64,000 nucleotides of DNA from assembly GCA_964585475.1 (NCBI GenBank), contig CAZPDF010000002.1, positions 1,631-65,630 of the forward strand. Direction: 5' to 3'. The notes under the pieces were generated by a model. That model searched no databases and had not been told where the DNA came from. It worked only from the letters and a program-made list of their open reading frames with translations. Positions within the stretch are counted from its first letter, which is position 1; every line of letters begins with the position of its first letter. Positions 56,467 to 64,000 of this stretch are shown here, one piece after another. Source of the DNA: an uncultured Candidatus Saccharibacteria bacterium (GTDB taxonomy: Bacteria; Patescibacteriota; Minisyncoccia; Sungbacterales; HO2-52-23). A program made the translations under genes and the position numbers.

Positions 56467-57882
56467 CTACTTTTTCTCGTTTTCGCGGGTTTTTTTAAGA
56501 TCCAGCAGGCGCTTCACTAAATCCGGCGCAACTACCTGAAGGATCGCTTCTGCCGAGCCGGACGACACGGAATCATCAGGGTAATAAAGATAGAGGGTGT
56601 AAAGTTTCTCGCCAAGCTCTCTTCGCTCGGCCCGGGTGGGGATTTCTATTCCTCGGGCATCCGCTGAAGTGATCATTCGTCGAATGGATTCCTGGTACAC
56701 ATCTCTTAGCGTGCCGTCTTGGGGATACTTTCTCATAAGATCTTCCAGCATCCGAACAATGCGCCATCCGTATTGTTTGCCGTATGCTGCCGTCCACGCG
56801 ATTCTCTCCACCTCGCTTTTATCAAATGGCAGAGAGCCGTCTGGTCTGGGTCGCGCGCGGTTAAGAATTTTTTCGATTTCCGAAAGAAGCGTCCACGATG
56901 CAGAATTATTTTCTTGATACCAGACGCTTGACCGTAATGATTCCACGAGCGCCTTGAATGCTTCCTTCTGGGTGAGGCCCGATATTGGAAAATCGTAACG
57001 CGGATCGTGAAAGCTTACGTTTTCAATCGGAGAGTAAGCCGAGCTACGGTTTAGAGTTTCCTTTTCTCTTAGCGCGACTTCCTGCTCGTTTCGTACCGCA
57101 TAAATTTTTTCAAGAACGTCGGGTGCTACAATTCTTGCTAAGGCCTCTCCGCCATGGTAGGAATCCAGCGGCAGGTATGCGGAAGGATAGTTTTTATAAA
57201 GCTCGAGAAGTTTTTCTAGCAGAGTTCTTCGTTCCTCCGTTGTGGGGACTCCGATGCTGGAGGAGGGTGCGAGCGTAAGGAGGTGGTGCACTGCCACGCG
57301 AAGGGCAACGTGAATTTCGCTTTCAGGGAACTCTGCGGTAAGTTCGGTAAGAAGTTCTAGGATCTTGAAGCCGTACTGCTTGCCATAATAATATCCAATT
57401 TGAGCGAGGGCATAGGGCGCATCGCTAATAGAGGATGTCGTCTTGTAGTCCCCCCAGTCCATTGTTTTGGCAAACGACACAATTTTGTCAAAAAGTTTGT
57501 CGGCTTGCGGATCGTCAGTGATTCCTGCCTCCTTCATTTCGCTGAGGCGTTCCTCGAGTTCTTTAACCAAAAAATAAAAGGCGTCTTGCGTTTTCTGGCC
57601 CTCGGTCGGCTCGTTCGGCTCGCATGAAGAGTTTCCCATTTCATCAAAACGCAAAGGTGCTTTTCCTGTCGAGAGATTTTTCTCGGTGATTTTATTTACC
57701 TTGTTTCCGGTTAGGGAAACGACGATTGTATCCTCGCCCCGCAATTCTATTTTCAGCGAGCCGTTGCCTACGTTGGAAAGTCGTTCAATATCCTCTTTTT
57801 GCCAATTTTGCGCGAAACTTGATTGTGAAAGAACGAGGATTCCGACAAGCAGGGAAAGGAGGAGAGGAATAAGCTTTTTCAT
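56467..57882 (-). CDS. Secreted hypothetical protein (two YGKQYG domains)
   Basis: Signal ...VLSQSSFA; internal duplication. Confidence 0.75.
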   Translation of the reverse strand: MKKLIPLLLSLLVGILVLSQSSFAQNWQKEDIERLSNVGNGSLKIELRGEDTIVVSLTGNKVNKITEKNLSTGKAPLRFDEMGNSSCEPNEPTEGQKTQDAFYFLVKELEERLSEMKEAGITDDPQADKLFDKIVSFAKTMDWGDYKTTSSISDAPYALAQIGYYYGKQYGFKILELLTELTAEFPESEIHVALRVAVHHLLTLAPSSSIGVPTTEERRTLLEKLLELYKNYPSAYLPLDSYHGGEALARIVAPDVLEKIYAVRNEQEVALREKETLNRSSAYSPIENVSFHDPRYDFPISGLTQKEAFKALVESLRSSVWYQENNSASWTLLSEIEKILNRARPRPDGSLPFDKSEVERIAWTAAYGKQYGWRIVRMLEDLMRKYPQDGTLRDVYQESIRRMITSADARGIEIPTRAERRELGEKLYTLYLYYPDDSVSSGSAEAILQVVAPDLVKRLLDLKKTRENEKK

Positions 57883-57941
57883 CAGAAGATTCTCCCAAGA
57901 GACGCTCTACAATCTTTAGCATTTATCATTATTTTTGTCAA

Positions 57942-58068
57942 CCCCGTTAGAAGTTTCTGGAACACATGTATCTTCTTTTTGCGGTGATACTTTCTGATGC
58001 ATTTTTGTTGTTGTTTACGTGAGCATAAAAAATGTTGAAATTTTTTATGTCATAAACTTCTAATTGGG
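57942..58068. mobile_element. CCCCGTTAG-type MITE, TSD TCAA
   Basis: TCAA-CCCCGTTAGAAGTTT..AAACTTCTAATTGGG-TCAA. Confidence 0.7.
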
Positions 58069-58083
58069 TCAAGGACTCATTAC

Positions 58084-58128
58084 TTATCCACAGAATTTTT
58101 TTGACTGGGCATGGCACCGCGATATAAT
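58084..58128 (+). promoter_or_regulatory. DnaA box plus sigma70 promoter of nrdJ
   Basis: TTATCCACA (58084-58092) then TTGACT-16-TATAAT. Confidence 0.65.
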
Positions 58129-58190
58129 TAAGCTAACAACCTTAGCTACCAAGAAATTTTTCGAAAATTCTCTTTCGTCCGGGCGGTCAG

Positions 58191-58322
58191 CCCCCACACC
58201 TATTTTGAACTGCGGTATACGTATTTAGCGGATGTTCTTGAGAACTGCGGCCACAAGCCCGGTGTCGATAGAATCCCAGTGCGTAGTCTGCAGTTTCTGA
58301 TTGTTCAAAATAGGTGTGGGGG
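58191..58322. mobile_element. CCCCCACAC-type MITE in the nrdJ leader
   Basis: CCCCCACACCTATTTTGAAC / GTTCAAAATAGGTGTGGGGG; same ends as 25627-25689. Confidence 0.8.
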
Positions 58323-58365
58323 CACGCCGAGGAGGGCGGAGGAGAATTTTTGTCAAGAAACGTAC

Positions 58366-61300
58366 ATGACACGGATCCTTCAAGACCAAAGAACAGAAGA
58401 GCATAAAGCAGCTCGACACCCGCTTCCTTTGAAGCGGCTTTTTACTAAAGAAGGATCGCACCCCTTCGACGGGGTTGGGTGGAAGAAAGTGAAAGTTACC
58501 GTGCGCGGCATCAACGGTCACGTTGAGGAACGGGAACTTGAATTTCCGGATTTTTGGTCGGAGAACGCCGCAATCATTGCGGGCTCCAAATATTTTCGCG
58601 GCCGCATCGGGTCTCCGGAGCGAGAAATATCAGCACGCGAGATGATCCGCCGGGTTTCCGAAACTATCAGCGGCTGGGGTTTTAATCTCGGATACTTTGA
58701 TACCCAGGATGATGCGCAAATTTTTGGAGAGGAACTCGCGCATATACTTCTCCACCAAAAAGCCGCTTTTAATTCTCCGGTCTGGTTTAACGTTGGAATA
58801 GAGTCTCCTCCGCAGTGTTCCGCCTGTCAGCCGTACCGAGCGCTGGTAAGTACGCCCTCCGGATTTTTCCCGATTGGAGAAATCGTAGAAAAAAATCTTT
58901 TGGGACTGCCGGTATACGATTCACAAGGCATTACGCGGGTTATTGCCGTAAAAAATAACGGAGTAAAAAATGTTTATAAAATCTGTCTTCGTAACGGAAC
59001 TTTTATAGAAGCCACCGGAGACCATTTGATCAAAGCAGCGCGCGAAAGAAGAACACGATCGCAGTGGATTCGCGTTGACGAACTGAGTGAAGGAATGCGG
59101 CTACATTTGTATCCGCATAGAGAAATTCTACAGAAGCAAATTTTGGCGCCTGCTATGCAGGATTTGGTTAGTAGTGCGGCCGCGAATTCGAATGTTATTA
59201 CCGCAGCACCTCCGCTAGTTTCGCTTAAAAATTCACAAGTGGAGATTGGTGAAGCGGCGCTTGCCGGATGGCTGCAGGCGGATGGGTTTGTGGGGCAGTA
59301 TCAAACAGGAACCAATCGTTCCTTGACCATAGAGTTTATGGCAGTGACTCCCGAGGAAAAGCAGTGGATAGAGATGCATCTTAATACCGTATTTCCTTAC
59401 GTTCATCGGAAAGTACGTATCACCAAGACCAAAGCGGGAACTCCCATAACGAGGATTCGCCTGTACGGTGAATCGCTGCGTTCTTTTGTAGAAAAGTATG
59501 AGCTTTTGAAGAGACGTCAGGCTATCCGTGTGCCCCAGGCGCTTTGGAAGAGTCCGCCGCAGGTTAGCAGTGCATATTTGAAGAGCGTCTTTCAGGGTGA
59601 AGGATTTGTACATATGCGAGAACGGTCGGTTCACGTCGCCTTTGACACCATCAGCCAGGAATGGATGCATGATGTACAAATACTTTTATATGGACTTGGT
59701 ATTTATTCGCGCATTCGGCATAAAAAAGAACCTCGTTCTAACCGCAGCGATCTCTATGAACTTGATATCAGTTATGGAGGTGAACGAAAAAAATTCGCTG
59801 ACCGCATCGGATTTATAAGCCAAGAAAAACAGGATAAGTTAAATGCCTCACTGGAAATTGATCGTCAGAAGAACGTCCCCGATCTTCGAGAGGAAGAGAT
59901 TGTCCATATCGAGCAGTTGGGCGAAGAGGTGGTATACGATATTCAAACCGAGAGCGGTGAATATTTAAGCAATAACGTTGCTGTTCATAATTGTTTTATA
60001 CTTTCGGTCGAGGACAACATGGAATCGATCCTGCAATGGATTTACACCGAGGGCATGATTTTCAAGCGCGGATCCGGCGCGGGGATAAATCTTTCCACTC
60101 TTCGCTCAAGCCACGAGACGTTGTCCAAAGGCGGCCATTCTTCCGGTCCGGTATCTTTCATGAGAGGAGCGGATGCGGTTGCCGGCATGATTGCCTCCGG
60201 CGGATCAACCAGGCGTGCGGCAAAAATGGTTGTGCTGAATGCCGACCACCCGGACGTTATGAGATTCATACGTTCGAAGTCCGAGGAAGAAAAAAAAGTT
60301 CGGGCGCTGATTGCGGCAGGATATAATATGTATGATTTGAATAATGACGCTTGGAACTCGATTCAATATCAAAACGCGAATAATTCGGTAAGAGTCACGG
60401 ATGAATTTATGAATGCCGTTGAGGGCGATGAGAAATGGACCACGCGATATGTTACCACCGGCAAGGTGACCGAGGAAGTCCGGGCGCGCGATCTTATGCG
60501 CGCGATTGCCCAAGCCGCCTGGGATTCCGGAGATCCGGGGATGCAGTATGACACCACTATCAATCGCTGGCATACGGCTTCAAACACGGGCCGCATAAAC
60601 GCCTCTAACCCGTGCGCCGAATACATGCACCTTGATGATTCCGCCTGCAACCTTGCCTCGATCAACCTTCTGCGGTATTTGAATCGGGACGGGACTTTTA
60701 ACGTGCGCGATTTCATCCATACGGTGGATATCATGACTTTGGCGCAGGAAATCATAGTTGATTCTTCAAGCTATCCCACGGAAAAAATCGCTAAAAACGC
60801 GCATGAATTCCGGCAGCTGGGCTTAGGTTATGCCAATTTGGGCGCACTTCTTATGACTTGGGGCTTGCCCTATGACTCGGAAGAAGCGCGCCACACAGCA
60901 GCTTCCATAACCGCGCTTATTTGCGGGGAGGCGTATCGCTATTCTGCCGAGATTGCCAAACGCATGGGTCCTTTTCCCGGATACAAATTTAATAAAGCGC
61001 CGATGTCAAATGTCCTGGTCATGCATCGCGACTCGTTCGGAAGGGTGAGGGAGACGCGGGTTACGGATCGCGAGATATATCGTGCCGCAAAAAAAGTATG
61101 GGAGGAGGCCGTGGCTATGGGCAAGAAATACGGAGTTCGCAATTCGCAGGTTACGGTTATAGCCCCCACCGGAACCATCGCCCTTATGATGGATTGCGCA
61201 ACCACCGGGGTGGAACCTGAATTTGCGCTGGTGAAAATCAAAAATCTCGTCGGGGGTGGAACGATGAAATTCGTAAATACCGCCGTGCCGGATGCTCTTT

Positions 61301-62244
61301 TGCACCTCGGGTATCTTGAGGAGGAAGTTGGTGCGATTGTCTTTTACATTGAAAAAAACGGAACGATTGAGGGCGCGCCGGGATTAAAAGAGGAGCATTT
61401 GGCGGTTTTTGATTGCGCGGTAAAACCTGCAGGTGGAAAGCGATCAATCGCCTGGCAGGGACATGTAAAAATGGTGGGAGCAGTGCAGCCCTTTATCTCG
61501 GGAGCAATTTCAAAAACCTTCAATATGCCGCACGAGACCACGGTTGAAGAAATTATGCAGGCCTACACTATGGGTTGGAAATTGGGACTTAAGGCCTTTG
61601 CCGTCTATCGCGACGGATCAAAAGCGGCCCAGCCCTTGGTAACTGCCTCCGGGCAGGGCGGCGGGTCTTTCGAGCGAAAACCCGCGCGCAGGAAACTTCC
61701 TCCAACCCGGCCCTCCGAGACCCACAAATTCTCGATTGCCGGGCATGAAGGATATTTGACTTACAGCACTTTTGAGAATGGCGATTTGGCCGAAATTTTT
61801 ATCCGTATGTCAAAACAGGGCTCGACTTTGGCAGGGCTCTTGGATGCATTCGCGATTGCGATTTCGATCGCGCTTCAGCACGGGGTTCCTTTGAAAATTT
61901 TGGTGCGAAAATTTGCCTACGGCAGGTTTGAGCCGGCAGGATACACCGAAAATGCGGCAATCCAAATTGCAACCTCCATTACCGACTACATCTTCCGCTA
62001 TCTTGCGCTTAGGTTTTTGTTGCCGCAGGATTTGGATGAATTGGGAATTAAAGCGCCTCCCAAGGAAGTGGAGGCGATGACCAAAACGCTCAACGGGCTA
62101 CTGGAGGCGCGCGAGAAATCTTTGCCGGATCCGGATCGGCTCGTTTATGCCGATAGCGTATGCCGCGAGTGCGGAGGAATGATGATTCAGACCGGCGCCT
62201 GCAAAACCTGTTTTAGATGCGGAGCGACGTCTGGGGGTTGTTAA
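58366..62244 (+). CDS. nrdJ: Class II (B12-dependent) ribonucleotide reductase with intein
   Basis: FNSPVWFN, QCSA|..|CFI, RRAAKM, NPCAE, CNLASIN, IAPTGT, YRDGSK, TSCPD domain and C-terminal Zn finger. Confidence 0.95.
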   Translation: MTRILQDQRTEEHKAARHPLPLKRLFTKEGSHPFDGVGWKKVKVTVRGINGHVEERELEFPDFWSENAAIIAGSKYFRGRIGSPEREISAREMIRRVSETISGWGFNLGYFDTQDDAQIFGEELAHILLHQKAAFNSPVWFNVGIESPPQCSACQPYRALVSTPSGFFPIGEIVEKNLLGLPVYDSQGITRVIAVKNNGVKNVYKICLRNGTFIEATGDHLIKAARERRTRSQWIRVDELSEGMRLHLYPHREILQKQILAPAMQDLVSSAAANSNVITAAPPLVSLKNSQVEIGEAALAGWLQADGFVGQYQTGTNRSLTIEFMAVTPEEKQWIEMHLNTVFPYVHRKVRITKTKAGTPITRIRLYGESLRSFVEKYELLKRRQAIRVPQALWKSPPQVSSAYLKSVFQGEGFVHMRERSVHVAFDTISQEWMHDVQILLYGLGIYSRIRHKKEPRSNRSDLYELDISYGGERKKFADRIGFISQEKQDKLNASLEIDRQKNVPDLREEEIVHIEQLGEEVVYDIQTESGEYLSNNVAVHNCFILSVEDNMESILQWIYTEGMIFKRGSGAGINLSTLRSSHETLSKGGHSSGPVSFMRGADAVAGMIASGGSTRRAAKMVVLNADHPDVMRFIRSKSEEEKKVRALIAAGYNMYDLNNDAWNSIQYQNANNSVRVTDEFMNAVEGDEKWTTRYVTTGKVTEEVRARDLMRAIAQAAWDSGDPGMQYDTTINRWHTASNTGRINASNPCAEYMHLDDSACNLASINLLRYLNRDGTFNVRDFIHTVDIMTLAQEIIVDSSSYPTEKIAKNAHEFRQLGLGYANLGALLMTWGLPYDSEEARHTAASITALICGEAYRYSAEIAKRMGPFPGYKFNKAPMSNVLVMHRDSFGRVRETRVTDREIYRAAKKVWEEAVAMGKKYGVRNSQVTVIAPTGTIALMMDCATTGVEPEFALVKIKNLVGGGTMKFVNTAVPDALLHLGYLEEEVGAIVFYIEKNGTIEGAPGLKEEHLAVFDCAVKPAGGKRSIAWQGHVKMVGAVQPFISGAISKTFNMPHETTVEEIMQAYTMGWKLGLKAFAVYRDGSKAAQPLVTASGQGGGSFERKPARRKLPPTRPSETHKFSIAGHEGYLTYSTFENGDLAEIFIRMSKQGSTLAGLLDAFAIAISIALQHGVPLKILVRKFAYGRFEPAGYTENAAIQIATSITDYIFRYLALRFLLPQDLDELGIKAPPKEVEAMTKTLNGLLEAREKSLPDPDRLVYADSVCRECGGMMIQTGACKTCFRCGATSGGC
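58825..59991 (+). other. Intein (389 aa) with LAGLIDADG homing endonuclease
   Basis: N-terminal CQPY, block B ATGDH, LAGWLQADG and LKSVFQGEG, C-terminal VHN followed by Cys+1. Confidence 0.93.
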
Positions 62245-62400
62245 AACGGTGGTTCCCTCGGTATTTTGTTTTCGAAACACGTCTCGCGCGCTCCAGCGGC
62301 GCGCTCGCTAAGGGTCGGACGAAGTTTCGCGGATACGCCGCGAACCAAGCAACTTCGCCCTCCCATTGTTTCGAAAACAAAATACCTCGACCACCGTTTT
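62243..62400 (+). repeat. ~145-nt structured repeat, copy 3
   Basis: Same architecture as 15987-16126. Confidence 0.8.
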
Positions 62401-62484
62401 TAAATTCTTAAATTTCTGCACCTTAAATTTAAAGGGGTTTTGCATGCCCGCGGTTTTTTGGGGTAGAAAATAAAAAACGGCCTG

Positions 62485-62587
62485 CCCCCCATCTATTTTA
62501 CTGCTGAGTTTCTAGTGAGCAAAACGAGTGTAAAAGAAGAAGAGCGCCCGCATGGAGACGCTCTTGTCTGGTAAAATAGGTGTGGGG
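62485..62587. mobile_element. CCCCCA-type MITE
   Basis: CCCCCATCTATTTTAC / GTAAAATAGGTGTGGGG. Confidence 0.65.
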
Positions 62588-62613
62588 TGCGACTGCACCG
62601 CCTCCTGCTTTGA

Positions 62614-63093
62614 TTATAATGCCGTCTGGGGCGTCAGTCTTTCGAAGACCCAGAAAAGGATACGCTCGAAGAGCGGACGGATTTCTTCATAGCGGGGACC
62701 CAGGGGGTCTTTGGTAACGCAGCACCAACCTGTTTGATCCTCATCGTGGTAGAAAGTGATTTCCACTTCCACCTCGTTGTAGGTTGTATCAAGTTTGAGC
62801 GGATGAAGGTTGAAAGTTATTGCGGTATTCTCCTCGAACCTGACCCGTTTTCTGAAGATACCTCTTTCCACAAAATGCCACGGCCGCACCAAAGCCCCCT
62901 TCGTTCTGACGGCTTGCAGTACTGACCCGGGCCTGTATTCATATTCGCCAACGTATTCTTTTCCGCAAAGTTTTGTTGTGCTGTGTGTAACCCCATGTAG
63001 TTTTACCGTGCCGGGCGCGAAGTAGGTGGAGATCTCCGTAAATATCCCGACGATTTCTTCTCCTGTGGCCGGTCGAGGCAACCTTACTTTCAT
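62614..63093 (-). CDS. Hypothetical protein
   Basis: AGGGG SD; TTGACT..TAGAAT promoter upstream on the minus strand. Confidence 0.65.
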   Translation of the reverse strand: MKVRLPRPATGEEIVGIFTEISTYFAPGTVKLHGVTHSTTKLCGKEYVGEYEYRPGSVLQAVRTKGALVRPWHFVERGIFRKRVRFEENTAITFNLHPLKLDTTYNEVEVEITFYHDEDQTGWCCVTKDPLGPRYEEIRPLFERILFWVFERLTPQTAL

Positions 63094-63297
63094 TTTCTAT
63101 GCCCCTGCATGTTTTGGTTCCGGGATGATTCTAGCATTTGTGGTTTAAAAGTCAATGTTAAGAAAAAACCGGCGGTTTTCGCCAGCGAGGGTTTGTGATT
63201 AGTACGATCGAAAGTGTACGCGCGTTTTTTGAGGTAGAAAATGTAAACCGGCGGAGGGAATAGAACCCTTTCGCCGGTCAGGTTGTGGACCCGCGCG

Positions 63298-63588
63298 TTA
63301 GCGCCGGGCGGCGTCTCTGAGAAAGTCGCACCAGTCCCTCGTCAGGTCCGTGAATTCGCCGAAGTGTTGATTGCCTGTCTCTTCGACGACACCGCCGCAG
63401 CCGGGGCATCTCACCACCTTGTCACCGAAGGCGAGGTGCGAATCGTAGAACACCTCAGCCCCGCAGCCGGTGCAGGAGCCCTTGCGGCTAGGGAACGTGT
63501 TGCAACCCCCGTGCGCGAGCACCTGTAACAGGTAGTTGGTTCCGCTCTCATCGAGTGTTCCCAGGGCAAAGTATCGGTTTTTGAGCAT
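63298..63588 (-). CDS. Small zinc-ribbon protein
   Basis: CTGC...CPGC; GGGGGGAG SD. Confidence 0.6.
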   Translation of the reverse strand: MLKNRYFALGTLDESGTNYLLQVLAHGGCNTFPSRKGSCTGCGAEVFYDSHLAFGDKVVRCPGCGGVVEETGNQHFGEFTDLTRDWCDFLRDAARR

Positions 63589-63657
63589 GTTCTCCCCCCG
63601 CCTTTTCTGGAATTATTTCGTAATATCCATTATACACCACTTATAGAAAAAAGTCAA

Positions 63658-64000
63658 ATGCTTTATATCTTCACGGGTAACGGCAAGGGTAAGACCACGG
63701 CGGCTTTGGGCCAAGCCATACGCGCTGTGGGTGAGGGGAAGCGGGTTTTGATGGTGCAATTTATAAAAGGCCCCTGGAAATCGGGGGAGGATAATATAAA
63801 AGTCATCCTGAACGAAGTGAAGGATCTTGGAGATCCTTCGGTCGTCACGCTCCCTCAGGATGACAAACGCGGTTTTTTCAAACTTGTCAAAATGGGCAAG
63901 GGTTTTGTGGGGATTATGGGAGACAAACTGCCGCGAGAAGAGCATGAGAAAGCTGCGGAGGAGGCGTTGGACTATGCGAGAAAAGAAATAGAATCCGGCA
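63658..64000 (+). CDS. btuR: Cob(I)alamin adenosyltransferase (CobA/BtuR/CobO), partial
   Basis: [38 protein letters not shown]; in-frame hairpin insert at 63802-63864; runs off window end. Confidence 0.92.
   Translation, partial: MLYIFTGNGKGKTTAALGQAIRAVGEGKRVLMVQFIKGPWKSGEDNIKVILNEVKDLGDPSVVTLPQDDKRGFFKLVKMGKGFVGIMGDKLPREEHEKAAEEALDYARKEIESG

Noticed and set aside
58084-58092. oriC
   Set aside because: Only a single perfect DnaA box; no box cluster or dnaA gene seen in the window.
1-64000. CRISPR array or cas genes
   Set aside because: No regularly spaced identical 23-47-bp repeats and no cas-like ORFs; repeats are dispersed hairpins or short tandem units.

Overview
This 64-kb window looks like chromosome from a reduced-genome CPR/Patescibacteria (Parcubacteria-like) bacterium; that assignment is inferred from gene content and repeat style. 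The housekeeping backbone runs metG(3'), tatD, leuS, glmS, yvcK, tsaC, dcd, glyA, folD, tRNA-Leu, parAB, rel, topA, dprA, mfd, pth, lepB, a hisS-like gene, hinT, rpsU, yqeY, ybeY, ftsAZ, intein-bearing nrdJ and btuR(5'), and is interrupted by small orphan genes. Main observations: (1) Synonymously recoded copies of the 3' ends of core genes lie downstream of the native genes (parB three extra copies, glmS, and more weakly leuS and metG). Several form a sigma70 promoter whose -10 box starts on the stop codon and precede an orphan gene plus terminator, suggesting gene-tail-anchored cassette arrays. (2) Several families of palindromic elements and heptamer repeats are inserted in frame in at least 11 conserved proteins. 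(3) An exact 403-bp duplication covers a promoter, structured leader and signal peptide and ends at the signal cleavage site of two divergent HExxH proteins. (4) LeuRS carries inserted hydrolase and NUDIX domains, the HisRS homolog looks catalytically degenerate, and there is a cytochrome c/cupredoxin pair. No CRISPR array, rRNA, transposase, integrase or reverse transcriptase was recognised. All calls are by eye; no database searches were run.
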